Shown here in pieces: positions 51,079 through 61,440 of a stretch of 64,000 bases of DNA. The first letter of the stretch is position 1. Each line of letters starts with the position of its first letter. The stretch is taken from NCBI GenBank assembly GCA_963785215.1, contig CAWAUU010000033.1:40334-104333 (forward strand), given 5' to 3'. Under the pieces are notes generated by a model. It searched no databases. It was given only the letters and a program-made list of their open reading frames with translations, and was not told the origin of the DNA. This stretch comes from Candidatus Bathyarchaeota archaeon (GTDB lineage Archaea; Thermoproteota; Bathyarchaeia; Bathyarchaeales; Bathycorpusculaceae). The translations under genes and the position numbers were made by a program.

Positions 51079-51651
51079 TTGGGAGGGAAAAGGGAGTTGG
51101 CAGCGAAAATTCACACCTTAGATTTCTGTTATGAGAACTCGCTGGTTAAAATTGTGGCAAACAGGAACTGCCCTGAGATTAAACTTGCCGGATTAACTGT
51201 TGGCCCCTTTGATGAGGGAAATGAATATGAAGTTTATTTTTGGGTGGCAAAAGAGTTAGCGAATGCAGGAATGGTTCATTTTCGAGAAGACGACATCCTC
51301 GACGCAACCAAACTTTTCAAAGTGCAATGGAAAGAAGGCGTACAAATCCCAGGACAAATATCCGAGCTTTCAGATGACTTTTATCCTAAACTTCGCAGGT
51401 TTATCGCCGACTTGAAAGATCAAGCCGCGAAGCAATCGGAAAAATACCAAGAATACGATAGAGCAAAGCAATTAGCACGCGACATCGTAAATTCTAGGCT
51501 AAAAAAAATAGTTGCCCTATCTTCTGCTCCAACTCAAAGTGAGCAGGTTCTAAAAAAGTTTACAAGCGAGGAAAAAATCCTCTATGAACAACTAGTCAAA
51601 ATAATCTCTGAGTGGAAAACAAAGATTCTAGAAAGTGAAGGAGAAAAGTAA
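51079..51651 (+). CDS. gins23: GINS23 subunit (start probably TTG 51097)
   Basis: B-domain first (YFWVAKEL), then A-domain DDFYPKL...RLKKIV...TSEEKILY; directly upstream of mcm. Confidence 0.8.
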   Translation: MGGKRELAAKIHTLDFCYENSLVKIVANRNCPEIKLAGLTVGPFDEGNEYEVYFWVAKELANAGMVHFREDDILDATKLFKVQWKEGVQIPGQISELSDDFYPKLRRFIADLKDQAAKQSEKYQEYDRAKQLARDIVNSRLKKIVALSSAPTQSEQVLKKFTSEEKILYEQLVKIISEWKTKILESEGEK

Positions 51652-51653
51652 AG

Positions 51654-53690
51654 ATGGCTAACGAACAGGTAACAGTGGATCCGCAGCAGCGTTTTCAAGA
51701 GTTCTTTAAGAAAGAGAAGTACCGCCAAAGAATCGCGCAGTTAGCCATCACGGGAAAAGGATCAGTAACAATTGATTTTGAAGAACTTTATGGATTTGAC
51801 CAAGCACTCGCTGAACAATTACTCAAAAAACCAGAAGAATACTTACAGCATGCGGGAAAAGGAGCCTACGAACAACTCCGAATAGAAGATGCAGAATACG
51901 CTGAAAAAATAGAAAAAATTAATCCCAGAATCGTAAAGCTACTCGGAAAAGAACAGCTAAGAAAACTCGGCTCAAGACAAATGGCAAAACTAGTCATGGT
52001 TGAAGGCATAGTGGTCAGAGCCACACCTGTCCGACCGATGGTCTTGCAAGCAGCCTTCAAATGCAAACGCTGTGGAACCATGAACATGGAAGAACAAACG
52101 GGACAATTCCTAAAGGCACCAGCTATATGCCAAGCTCCTGACTGCGGAAGAGATGGACCATTCGAGTTTGCCCAAGAAGAATCAACCTTTATAGATTCCC
52201 AGGACCTCCGGCTGCAGGAAAAGCCTGAAGATTTACCTCCAGGGCAATTACCACGTACATTAGCCGTGAAACTTGTCGGCGACGACATAGTTGATGTTGC
52301 AAGACCAGGAGATCACATTGCCATTGTCGGAATCGTTCGCGCTTTTGCGCCTTCACTGATGGGAATGGGAAAACTCAGAACATTCATTCTTCAACTTGAC
52401 GCTAACTCAGTAGAAGTGCTCGGAAAAGAACCCGAAACATCACCGCCCACGCCTGAAGAAGAGGAAAAAATGCGTGAGCTCGCAAAAGACCCGTGGGTGC
52501 ACAGGAAAATCATGAATTCAATAGCGCCTTCAATCTTCGGTTACGAGCACATTAAAGAAGCCATAATGTATTTGCTCTTCGGCGGAGTCTCCAAAAGCCT
52601 ACCGGACATAAACATAAGAGGAGAAATGAATGCTCTTTTAATCGGTGATCCTGGGACCGCAAAATCGCAACTTCTTCAGTACGTAGCTAGAATAGCGCCA
52701 AGAGGACTTTACACTTCTGGTAGAGGAACAACCGCCGCAGGCTTAACTGCTGCAGTAGTAAGAGAAAAGGGCGGAAGCATGAGTCTGGAAGCAGGTGCAC
52801 TCGTGCTAGCCGACAAAGGAATAGCTTGTATCGACGAAATGGACAAAATGCGTCCAGAAGACCGAGTTGCAATACACGAAGCGATGGAGCAGCACACGGT
52901 TTCAGTTGCAAAAGGCGGAATCGTCGCCACACTAAACGCCAGAACAGCAGTGCTAGCAGCGGCCAACCCGTCTTTAGGCAGGTATGAACCAAACAGGACG
53001 GTTGCCGAAAACGTTCCGCTGCCAGTAACTATTCTTTCGCGTTTTGACTTAATTTTCGTGCTACGCGATGTGCCTAACAAGGAAGCAGATGGAAAAATGT
53101 CTCAGCACATCTTGGAAATTCATCGTAGAGGAGTAAGCCCTGTAGAAGCACCGGTAGATGCGGAATTGCTGCGGAAATACGTTAGCTATGCTAAAGGGAT
53201 TAAGCCTGTGCTTAGTACTGAAGCACTAAAGCGGCTAAGCGACTTTTACTTAGCCATGCGCGCGGCAAGCGAAACTGAAGGTTCACCAGTGGCAATAACC
53301 GCACGCCAACTTGAATCGCTTGTTCGTATCTCAGAAGCCAGGGCACGCGTTGCATTACGAAAGGAAGTTACAGGTGAAGATGCAGAGGCGGCTATAGTCA
53401 TCATGAAGAGGTCTCTGGAAGAAGTGGGAATTGACTTGTCTTCGTACAAAGTGGATATTGATTTGATAATGACTGGAAGGTCCAAAAGCATCCGAGACAG
53501 ATTGCACGTTATCCTTTCAGTGCTGATGGACATGGAGAAAGTGACAGGCATAGTTGAGAAAGATGCACTTGTCAACGAACTGGAAACAAAGCATAAGATA
53601 CCCAGAGCCGAAATTGAACGCATGATAAGCCAATTGCTACGTGAAGGAACAATTTATGAACCCAGAGAAGGATGCCTAAAGAAAACCTAA
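51654..53690 (+). CDS. mcm: Replicative helicase MCM
   Basis: Zn finger CKRC...C..PDC, GDPGTAKSQLL, IDEMDKM, SRFD, TARQLES, C-terminal wH; no intein. Confidence 0.98.
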   Translation: MANEQVTVDPQQRFQEFFKKEKYRQRIAQLAITGKGSVTIDFEELYGFDQALAEQLLKKPEEYLQHAGKGAYEQLRIEDAEYAEKIEKINPRIVKLLGKEQLRKLGSRQMAKLVMVEGIVVRATPVRPMVLQAAFKCKRCGTMNMEEQTGQFLKAPAICQAPDCGRDGPFEFAQEESTFIDSQDLRLQEKPEDLPPGQLPRTLAVKLVGDDIVDVARPGDHIAIVGIVRAFAPSLMGMGKLRTFILQLDANSVEVLGKEPETSPPTPEEEEKMRELAKDPWVHRKIMNSIAPSIFGYEHIKEAIMYLLFGGVSKSLPDINIRGEMNALLIGDPGTAKSQLLQYVARIAPRGLYTSGRGTTAAGLTAAVVREKGGSMSLEAGALVLADKGIACIDEMDKMRPEDRVAIHEAMEQHTVSVAKGGIVATLNARTAVLAAANPSLGRYEPNRTVAENVPLPVTILSRFDLIFVLRDVPNKEADGKMSQHILEIHRRGVSPVEAPVDAELLRKYVSYAKGIKPVLSTEALKRLSDFYLAMRAASETEGSPVAITARQLESLVRISEARARVALRKEVTGEDAEAAIVIMKRSLEEVGIDLSSYKVDIDLIMTGRSKSIRDRLHVILSVLMDMEKVTGIVEKDALVNELETKHKIPRAEIERMISQLLREGTIYEPREGCLKKT

Positions 53691-53709
53691 AAAAAGGCGA
53701 GACAAAACG

Positions 53710-54798
53710 ATGAAGCCAGTAGTAGTTGTTGCGGGAACTAGACCTGAAATAATCAAGATGGCTCCAATAATCAGAGCCCTAAACAAAACCAAAATCCCAT
53801 CAGTATTTGTCCATTGCGGCCAACACTACGACTACAGTATGGCTCAGCAATTCATTGAAAACCTCGAGTTGCCAACACCTGACTACTCCTTTAAAATTGA
53901 AGCTTCTTCGTCTGGAGCGCAAACAGCAGAAATAATGATGAAGATGGATAAGTTGCTGGAGAAAATTGAGCCTTCAATTGTTTTGGTTGAAGGTGACACA
54001 AACAGTGTTTTGGCCGCAGCTTTAGCAGCTAATAAACGGGTGATCCCTATTGGGCATGTGGAAGCTGGTTTGAGAAGTTTTGACCTGCGCATGCCTGAAG
54101 AACATAACCGCCGTTTAACTGATCACATATCTGAATACTTGTTCACGCCAACAGAGAGAGCAAAGGCAAATCTTTTGAAAGAGAATGTTTGGGGCAAAAT
54201 CTACCTGACAGGGAACACGGCTATAGACGCGGTAATCCAGCATTTGCCTATCGCGGAAAAAAAATCAACCATAATGGAAAAAATCCCTTTTGAAACGTTC
54301 GCTTTAGCAACGGCTCACAGGGCAGAAAACGTTGATAACGTGTCGGTTCTTGAGTCCTTTATGGATGTTTTCTCAAAATCCCCAATTCCAATCGTTTATC
54401 CGATGCATCCGCGAACAAAAAAGAGGCTCCAAGAAAACAAGATGCTTGCTCAAATAGAAGCATTAAGCGATGTGTTGATTCTTCCGCCCTTGGGATACTT
54501 GGACTTTTTGATTTTAATGAAAAATTGTAAATTGATAATTACTGATTCAGGCGGTATTCAAGAGGAAGCCACTGCCCCAAGCATAAGGAAACCAGTGCTG
54601 GTAATGCGTTTGTCAACTGAGAGGCAGGAAGCAGTGGAAGCAGGATTCGCCAAAGTGGTTGGAACAGATGGAAAAAATATTTTGGCAGCTATGGAAGAAG
54701 CAGTTAAAAATGAAGTTGAGTTGCCTTATGCTTCACCTTTCGGCGACGGCACAGCAGCCCAAAAAATTGTTGATATATTAAAGAAAAGCTTTGCTTAA
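53710..54798 (+). CDS. wecB: UDP-N-acetylglucosamine 2-epimerase (non-hydrolysing)
   Basis: GTRPEIIKMAP, GQHYD, GDTN, HVEAGLRS, PEEHNR, TDSGGIQEEA, PFGDG. Confidence 0.95.
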   Translation: MKPVVVVAGTRPEIIKMAPIIRALNKTKIPSVFVHCGQHYDYSMAQQFIENLELPTPDYSFKIEASSSGAQTAEIMMKMDKLLEKIEPSIVLVEGDTNSVLAAALAANKRVIPIGHVEAGLRSFDLRMPEEHNRRLTDHISEYLFTPTERAKANLLKENVWGKIYLTGNTAIDAVIQHLPIAEKKSTIMEKIPFETFALATAHRAENVDNVSVLESFMDVFSKSPIPIVYPMHPRTKKRLQENKMLAQIEALSDVLILPPLGYLDFLILMKNCKLIITDSGGIQEEATAPSIRKPVLVMRLSTERQEAVEAGFAKVVGTDGKNILAAMEEAVKNEVELPYASPFGDGTAAQKIVDILKKSFA

Positions 54799-55568
54799 GA
54801 TATGTAAGTGGTTTTTTTATCTTCTTCTTTACGTGTTTGTTCAGCTTGCAAGGCTCGTTTTTCTTCAATTTGCTGCAGGCGAGTCACCATTGTTTCTGCA
54901 CGGGCAATTTCCTCATTTAATCCTGTTAGGTCTAAGTCGAAGTTGAAGGTTGATTTTAAAACTTCCAAAACGCTTTTTGCCGCAAGAGGATCAGGCAGGT
55001 AACCGCGTGTTTCACCAAGCAGGCAGAGAGCATTTATTTTTTTGAATTTTGCTAGGCCAAGTATTAATCCTGCTGTTCCAACAATTGGGCTTCCTGAAGT
55101 GCTAAGCGTTGCGCCTGCTTGCAGTGCTTTGTCTAAGATTTCCTGTGAAGTTGCAGCTATGAAGACTTTAGGTTTTTCTTTTGGCTCCATTCGGTAACCG
55201 CCGATGGTTGCGATTGTTTTAACTTTGTACTTTTCTGAGAAGTCAAGCATTCGGTCAGCGATTTCGTATTGCCCTTCGATTGTTTGCGATTGGCTATCGC
55301 CGGTAAATAGAATCAGATCGTTTGGTCCGTTTGGATTTTGGTAGTAGTAGAATGCGCCTCTTAAAAGGCGAACGTTACCTTTTTTGTTGACGAGGACAAA
55401 ATATGGAAAATGAGGCGAGTAGAGATAAGCGATCTTTTTGGCTTTTAACTGTTTGATCATGTAGCGAAGGGCGATTTTACCAACAAGCCCTAAACCTGGA
55501 AGACCTTCGATGAGAACAGGATTGTTCGGTTCAATTTGGACGAATTCTTTGATGTATGTTTCTTTCAT
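54795..55568 (-). CDS. PAC2-family proteasome assembly chaperone-like protein
   Basis: LIEGLPGLGLVGKIA, YSPHFP, TGDSQ, TIGGY, CLLGET.GY..DP.AA; own ATG at 55568. Confidence 0.88.
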   Translation of the reverse strand: MKETYIKEFVQIEPNNPVLIEGLPGLGLVGKIALRYMIKQLKAKKIAYLYSPHFPYFVLVNKKGNVRLLRGAFYYYQNPNGPNDLILFTGDSQSQTIEGQYEIADRMLDFSEKYKVKTIATIGGYRMEPKEKPKVFIAATSQEILDKALQAGATLSTSGSPIVGTAGLILGLAKFKKINALCLLGETRGYLPDPLAAKSVLEVLKSTFNFDLDLTGLNEEIARAETMVTRLQQIEEKRALQAEQTRKEEDKKTTYIS

Positions 55569-55574
55569 TGTTGT

Positions 55575-55733
55575 GCTACTCCTTTTCATTGCCATTCGGT
55601 ATTTTAAGTATTTATCATCAGGCGAGAATTTGGGTGGATGTGGAATTCTGACGGGCCCACCACAGTAAGGGCAACTTTTCTTGTTAAGTGTATATTTTTC
55701 GCAGTTTACGCATTTGCGTAATTGCCAAACCAA
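55575..55733 (-). CDS. nop10: H/ACA RNP protein Nop10
   Basis: LRKCVNCEKYTL...CPYCGG...PHPPKFSPDDKYLKYR; stop probably lost by an A-run indel. Confidence 0.92.
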
Positions 55734-55950
55734 CTATTTTTCCCTTCTAAAAGTACCTTGCCCACCTGATTTTGTGACGTTTAAGATGACGCTTTCTGCT
55801 GATTTTTTCAGACGAGATTTCTGAGACGTGAAGTAAACCTCTCGTTTTGTATTCATCAAGTTTAGCGTAAGCACCATAAGCCGTAACGGTTTCTATAGTG
55901 GCGATTACCAAGTCACCGGCTTCTGACCATTCGGGCTTACGCTCAGCCAT
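55734..55950 (-). pseudogene. eif2a: aIF2-alpha remnant with large internal deletion
   Basis: S1 start GDLVIATIETV.AYGAYAKLDEY...LLHVSEISS is joined out of frame to the C-terminal LKKSAESVILNVTKSGGQGTFRREK*; canonical locus between rps27e and nop10. Confidence 0.8.
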
Positions 55951-55965
55951 TCACTACGTCATCCC

Positions 55966-56163
55966 TTATTCAAGAACCGCTTGTACTTCGCCTTTGATTT
56001 TTGCTCTTCCGCCAGATGGTTCAGCTAGTGTTTCTCCGCATACATTGCAGGTTATCTTGTTGACAGCGTTGCTGAAGATTAATTGTTCGTTGCCGCATTT
56101 TGAGCATTTAACTCTAAGGAAGACGCTTCTTGGTTTTGGGATAAGTTTGCTCCATTCAGACAT
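55966..56163 (-). CDS. rps27e: 30S ribosomal protein S27e
   Basis: PRSVFLRVKCSKCGNEQ...CNVCG...PSGGRA. Confidence 0.95.
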   Translation of the reverse strand: MSEWSKLIPKPRSVFLRVKCSKCGNEQLIFSNAVNKITCNVCGETLAEPSGGRAKIKGEVQAVLE

Positions 56164-56181
56164 GACTTTTTTCCTCCATTA

Positions 56182-56466
56182 TTATTGTATAACTAGTTTT
56201 CTGAGGCGTATACCGTCTTTATGCCTCATGTAATTGCAAACTTTGCATTTTAATCGCAGAGTTTGTTTTTTGGTTGTTTTTGCGAATTCTCTTTGAAGTG
56301 GATATTTTTGTCCACCATAACCCTTCTTTTCTCTTTCGTGGTGGCGTTCGCCATGAGCTAAGGCTCTGCGCTTTCCAGGCTTGTAGAGGGTTACACTGTG
56401 AATTTGATGAGCTTTACATTTCGGACAGTAAGTTTTAACTTCTTTAGGAACGTTCACCTTGTTCAC
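56182..56466 (-). CDS. rpl44e: 50S ribosomal protein L44e
   Basis: TYCPKCKAH...GYGGQKYP...AKTTKK..LRLKCKVC. Confidence 0.95.
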   Translation of the reverse strand: MNKVNVPKEVKTYCPKCKAHQIHSVTLYKPGKRRALAHGERHHEREKKGYGGQKYPLQREFAKTTKKQTLRLKCKVCNYMRHKDGIRLRKLVIQ

Positions 56467-56767
56467 TACCAGCTTTGCATAAAAGAAACATACGCATTCT
56501 TATACTTTTTCACCTATCTGCCAAAAAGTGAGGGCTTTCAGTCAATCGAAGTAGCACTTGGAGAGAATTCTATAGCCTTCTTATTTGAGCAGTCAATAAA
56601 ATGCCTAATGGCCTCTATGAATTCAAAGGCTTGTTAAAACCCCCAATGAAACGAAAAGCTTGTAATTTATTGCTGGTCTATTCTGGCAAACTGAAAACTG
56701 GTGGAAAGGCGCATTCTTTTTAAACCGAAAAACGATTTTAATTTATATCTAGTCTGCAGGTAATGCG

Positions 56768-57826
56768 TTGATGCAAATTCTTTCAAAACTCAAAGAGCAT
56801 TCAGATACCATAGTTAAGCTGTTGCCATTGTTTGCTTTTGTCGTTCCGTTGGCTCTGCTGTTTGGGTTGAACCCAGCCGATCCATACCTTAATCTTAGCG
56901 CTCAAGATTCTTTTCAGGTAATGTGGAAGGGCAGAACCTTCGAGTTATTTTTTATTTGGTTGATAGCGCTGGAGTTTATTCTCAATTGGGAAATCTTCAA
57001 GTCAAAAATAAGCAAGCAAAACAAAGCAAAGCTCGCCGCTGTTGCCGTAGCCTTGCTGCTTCCAACGTTATACGTGATTTCGGAGTATTATTTTGGGTTA
57101 AACGCTGCAATTGCAAACTTTTCCCTGCAAAACGGCGTTGCTTTTTACGATTCAATGCCTCTTGCAATTGAATACCTTGTTTTCTCAGTTCTTTTTTGCT
57201 TAACTATTTTCCTGTCTTTTGGGAAAAAGGGTTTAACAGGTTTTGCTTTACCTGCTTTGTTTGTCGGTTTAGTCGGAGTTATATATACTATCGATAACGT
57301 TTTTCCCTACGGGGAGTTTACTCCATTCCAAATATTGGTTCCAACAACCGCTACGCTTGCCGCTCGCGTCCTAGGCTTAATGGGATGCACGACTTCGATG
57401 GTAACACAAAATGGCATGCCAACCCTGCAAGCTACAGGACCATTGGGAACAGCTACATTCGCTATAGCTTGGCCTTGTGCAGGCATTGAAAGCTTTCTTA
57501 TTTACACGGCTGTTGTTTTGGTGTTTTTGCAGCAGATGCCAATCTCTTGGAAAGCCAAAACAGGATACTTCATCGTTGGCGCAACCGTCACATATTTCAT
57601 AAACGTTATGCGGATAGTCACCATCTTCACTATCGGCATGCAGTATGGCATAAACTCAAACCAAGTGCAAATGTTCCACTTCTATTATGGCCCACTGTAC
57701 GCGATAGCATGGATTGTTTCTTATCCACTGATCATTCTTGTAAGCCAAGGTTTATGGCGAAAAATTAAAAGTGGAAAATCAGCTCTAACCACGGAAACCT
57801 TAGGAAACCTCAACCAACACAGCTAA
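56768..57826 (+). CDS. Exosortase/archaeosortase-family protein (thaumarchaeosortase-like)
   Basis: Polytopic; WKGR near the N-terminus; triad-like IAWPCAGIES, NVMRI, MFHFYYG. Confidence 0.8.
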   Translation: MMQILSKLKEHSDTIVKLLPLFAFVVPLALLFGLNPADPYLNLSAQDSFQVMWKGRTFELFFIWLIALEFILNWEIFKSKISKQNKAKLAAVAVALLLPTLYVISEYYFGLNAAIANFSLQNGVAFYDSMPLAIEYLVFSVLFCLTIFLSFGKKGLTGFALPALFVGLVGVIYTIDNVFPYGEFTPFQILVPTTATLAARVLGLMGCTTSMVTQNGMPTLQATGPLGTATFAIAWPCAGIESFLIYTAVVLVFLQQMPISWKAKTGYFIVGATVTYFINVMRIVTIFTIGMQYGINSNQVQMFHFYYGPLYAIAWIVSYPLIILVSQGLWRKIKSGKSALTTETLGNLNQHS

Positions 57827-58348
57827 GCCCTGTTTAACCAACATCTTCGCATTTTCAACAGGCAAAGAAGCAACATCTTCAACCATAAATGGCCCATAAG
57901 TTTTCATGTCTAAACCAATAATGGCTGGAGTACTTTTTGCAAATCTTAAAGTCATTCGTTTATGACTCACATCAGCTTCCACTTTAGCAGTTTGACCTTG
58001 CATGAGACCTTCAGCAAACTTCCGATATGCGCCGCTGAAAGTGACAAAACTCTCGCACATCTTGGTTTCTTCAACCGTTAACAACTCTGAGGGCAACGTT
58101 TGGTTTTGGGTGATTGTTTTGACTAGTTTTTTGTATCTTGCCCAAAGCAGTTCCTCAAGCATCCGCTTAACGTTCTGCGCTTCACGGTCAAGCAGGTTTA
58201 CTTTAACTGATTTTTTGTCAAGCATCCTGCTCTCTTCTCTTATGCGCCTCAGGTAATCTGCTATTTTAGCGTAGAAGTCAGGCGGTAAACCTCCAAGCGA
58301 AGCATCTTCAATTTCTCTTCGCCATGCCGCGTAAAGTTCATTGTACAT
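57800..58348 (-). CDS. gins51: GINS51 (Gins15) subunit
   Basis: LPPDFYAKI...RYKKL...LLTVEE; C-terminal B-domain IIGLDMKTYGPF..EDVASLPVENA. Confidence 0.88.
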   Translation of the reverse strand: MYNELYAAWRREIEDASLGGLPPDFYAKIADYLRRIREESRMLDKKSVKVNLLDREAQNVKRMLEELLWARYKKLVKTITQNQTLPSELLTVEETKMCESFVTFSGAYRKFAEGLMQGQTAKVEADVSHKRMTLRFAKSTPAIIGLDMKTYGPFMVEDVASLPVENAKMLVKQGLAVLVEVS

Positions 58349-59572
58349 TTAGTTCGCCACCTTAGCCCTTCCCTTACAGATAAGCATAACTGCCGCCGCA
58401 ACAGGCAACTCTTTCGTCTCATTCTTGTATGGACCCAACGTTTCTCCACCCAACTTAAACTCTGGCGCATCAGAGACCAACACTTTTACCGCGCCCTTTT
58501 TAAAAGCTACCGCTCCAGTGAACGGATCAAAATCCTGCAGGTTTTTAGCTGGAAACTCAACTTTTTTTAGTCCTGTTTTACCATGCAGAGTGCCGTTCAT
58601 CCTGATTAAACGGTGAATATCAGTGGTGACAACCGTATCAATCTTTGACGACTGCAGATCCCTCACATGCTCAGCCAGTTTTAGCCAAGTTTGAACACTG
58701 ACACCGTTAATGCTTTCCCATCGACCATCATTTATGCAACGTTTAATGATAGCTTCCTTGTTTTTCAAAAGTGCATTATTCTTTAAACCAATGTCTTTCA
58801 AATCTTCCGTGGTTGCGTTGAGGAGAAAATTTTGCATTCCTAATTTTAGTCGCTTGTTCCAGCCAAAGTTGTGTAGATTAAATTTTTTAGTCGCGCGTTT
58901 TCCTCGTTTTTCTTTTGCGTCTTTATCCAGTATAGTTAAGCCTAATCCAGTAACGTAATCAACGATTTCTTTTCGTGCCATAGCATCTAATGAACGTACT
59001 GCTTCATTCTCAACATGTACGTGGTATCCTCGGTGACCAGAAAAAAACACGTGCAACTCATCTGAAGAAAAACCAAAATCGTTCTCTAACATATCAATTA
59101 GCTTGGCGGCTTCTTCGCGAGCTGATTCTATGCAAAGCTCGCATGGCCAGGTTTTGGTTTCAAATTTTGTTCCTTCGCAGGCTGGGCAGATTTCGGGAGT
59201 TATTCCTCTGCCGCTGAAGCCGCATTTGGTGCAGGTGAATTCATCGTGGATTTTATTGCAGGAAGTTGGAATGTGATCGGCGTCTATGTCGAAGACTAAG
59301 TCAGCGCCTAACCAACCTTTTTTGTCCATGTCAAAATCTGGGTTTTCATAGTAAGCGCAAGAATGATAAACATCTGATGGAACAGTCTGGTTCAGCACTG
59401 ACCTCAGGCTGCTGATTTCTTCAAACCTTTTGTGCCTAACCATAAACCGTTCCTTGAAGAGCAGATAACCAAATTCTCTTTGGTCAAGAAGAATCGGTGC
59501 AGGAATAATAGTGGAGGGGTCTCGGTAGTATTCGCAGAATTTTTGATAAACGAAGTCTCGAGAAGCCTCCAT
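58349..59572 (-). CDS. priS: DNA primase catalytic subunit with Cys-rich insertion
   Basis: REFG, DLVFDIDADH, FSGHRGYH, IDTVVTTDIHRLIR; probable start MEAS at 59572. Confidence 0.95.
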   Translation of the reverse strand: MEASRDFVYQKFCEYYRDPSTIIPAPILLDQREFGYLLFKERFMVRHKRFEEISSLRSVLNQTVPSDVYHSCAYYENPDFDMDKKGWLGADLVFDIDADHIPTSCNKIHDEFTCTKCGFSGRGITPEICPACEGTKFETKTWPCELCIESAREEAAKLIDMLENDFGFSSDELHVFFSGHRGYHVHVENEAVRSLDAMARKEIVDYVTGLGLTILDKDAKEKRGKRATKKFNLHNFGWNKRLKLGMQNFLLNATTEDLKDIGLKNNALLKNKEAIIKRCINDGRWESINGVSVQTWLKLAEHVRDLQSSKIDTVVTTDIHRLIRMNGTLHGKTGLKKVEFPAKNLQDFDPFTGAVAFKKGAVKVLVSDAPEFKLGGETLGPYKNETKELPVAAAVMLICKGRAKVAN

Positions 59573-59690
59573 GTCCCCTTGCCCCCTTTGATAAGTGATT
59601 ATAATGATTACTCTTCCCAAATTTATCTATATACCGCCTGCCTAGCCAAATTGTATATTATTTCAGAGTTTAATCAAAACTTCAGACAAT

Positions 59691-61370
59691 TTAAAGACCC
59701 AGCAGTAAATTAAAGAAGTCCGCACCGAAAGCAAGCATGAAAATAATAAACATTAACCAGAGTGCGGTGATCTCTAATTCTTTTTTCTGCTGGGGAATCA
59801 GAACGTATACAAAAATGAAAGGCAGATACCAATTTTGGAAGTAAGGCAGCATAAAACTTGGCAAGAGAAGAAAAAGCGCTGACAGAGAAAGCAAACTGTT
59901 CTTGTTTAGCATGTAAAGTGCGTAAGCCAAAGTGACCGCCAGTATCAGCAAAACTAAGAAGGATTGAAGCCCCCAAGAAATTTGCGTATTGGATGAAAAA
60001 GCGTTGATGCCATTCATTATTAACTGTGGTCCAGCTGCCAGAAAGTACGGCGCGCTTAAATAAGCAGTGAAGATGCTGGCAAACCCGAAGATGACGCCAG
60101 CGATTACAGCTTTATTTCTTAGTAAATTGCTTAACTTGTTTGTTTGGAAAAGTTTGATTAAACCCACAATGATTAGGGGCAAAAGGAAAATGCCTGCTTG
60201 ATATTTAAAAAATATAGAAACAGCAATAAGCAAAAAGAAGTAATCGTAACGCTTCGTCATAAACATGTATATGGCAAATAAAGAAAACAGGAAAGCAACT
60301 GAATCAAACATTCCGTCAGCAGCGTAAACTACCAAACTAACATAAATGATGTAAACTCCCAAAAGTTTGAGGAGCAAAGCCATGTCCTTTTGCAAGAAAT
60401 TTTTGAGGAAAAAATAAACGCAAACAGTGGCAAATACCAGAAATATAGCTATTTCAGTTTTGTAAATCAAGGACGGGTCAAAACCTTTTTGGAGAAGAAC
60501 ACCAAATGGCAAGAACAAGAAAATGCTGCCTAATGGGTATAGATGCGGCATTTCTGGCCATGTTACAAACTTGTAGTATGAATTATCAAGGTTTGATAGT
60601 TTGCCTAAGGGTTGACTAAAAATTGAAAAACCATCTTTAAGAAACAAACTGGAAACATAAGAGTCCCGGGCATTATCGGTATACCAGTTTTCGAATGTTG
60701 CAAGTGGATTAGAGTTTACTGCTATGAGGAAAAGCCAAATCATCAGCGACAATAAAAGTAAAATTAAGAGGTATCGGCGGTTTTTCTTGCTAAGAGAGGG
60801 TAAGCTGAGCGCATTTGACTTGAACTTAGTAGAGGATGATACGATTTTTAACATTATAAGCATTGTTAGAGCTAAACTTAGCAGGAACACTATTTTTGAG
60901 GGCTCGTTAAGCCATGAATATGGAAAGGTACTGTTTGGTTCTTGGGTAGATGCTTGGAAATGAACCGTGCCGGCATTGGGTGAATCAGAGACAAAAACCG
61001 CTTCATAGTAATTAGCATCTGCAGTAAATGAGTAGGTGATGTTTGATTGTGTTAAAACAGAGTAATCCACGCTGCTATTAATTATAAAAAAATAGGGTCT
61101 AGTGGGAAAAATAATAGAAAAGTTTTTCTCGAAAGCGGTTGGACATTGTACTGAAATTGAAATGTTTTCTCCGCCACGAAAAGATCCTAAACCTTCTATG
61201 TATGTTTCTTTTGGGCTTAATTGGAAAGTATCGTTAACCAAAGAATATGGCTGATTACTACCTGAATCTCTTGGAAATAAGCTGATGGTGGCAAGGACTA
61301 CGCTTAGCACTAGAACTATAATAGCTATAAACAAAAGAACTTTAGTGCTGGGGCGTTTCATGAGCGGCAT
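59691..61370 (-). CDS. Polytopic membrane protein, probable GT-C glycosyltransferase with extracytoplasmic domain
   Basis: N-terminal anchor plus soluble domain, then many TMs with WYTDN, HLYPLG, GMFD, FKYQ motifs; follows a polyprenol-phosphate sugar synthase. Confidence 0.6.
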   Translation of the reverse strand: MPLMKRPSTKVLLFIAIIVLVLSVVLATISLFPRDSGSNQPYSLVNDTFQLSPKETYIEGLGSFRGGENISISVQCPTAFEKNFSIIFPTRPYFFIINSSVDYSVLTQSNITYSFTADANYYEAVFVSDSPNAGTVHFQASTQEPNSTFPYSWLNEPSKIVFLLSLALTMLIMLKIVSSSTKFKSNALSLPSLSKKNRRYLLILLLLSLMIWLFLIAVNSNPLATFENWYTDNARDSYVSSLFLKDGFSIFSQPLGKLSNLDNSYYKFVTWPEMPHLYPLGSIFLFLPFGVLLQKGFDPSLIYKTEIAIFLVFATVCVYFFLKNFLQKDMALLLKLLGVYIIYVSLVVYAADGMFDSVAFLFSLFAIYMFMTKRYDYFFLLIAVSIFFKYQAGIFLLPLIIVGLIKLFQTNKLSNLLRNKAVIAGVIFGFASIFTAYLSAPYFLAAGPQLIMNGINAFSSNTQISWGLQSFLVLLILAVTLAYALYMLNKNSLLSLSALFLLLPSFMLPYFQNWYLPFIFVYVLIPQQKKELEITALWLMFIIFMLAFGADFFNLLLGL

Positions 61371-61440
61371 CCTTTAAATGAAAGCAACCAAGGGGTATTT
61401 AATTCTGCCATTAACTAAAATAAGCCTTTGCTTAACAAGC

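Noticed and set aside
54795-55733. Nop10-PAC2 fusion
   Set aside because: One more A in the AAAA run restores AAG GAG TAG, and PAC2 has its own ATG downstream of GGAG; most likely a homopolymer error.
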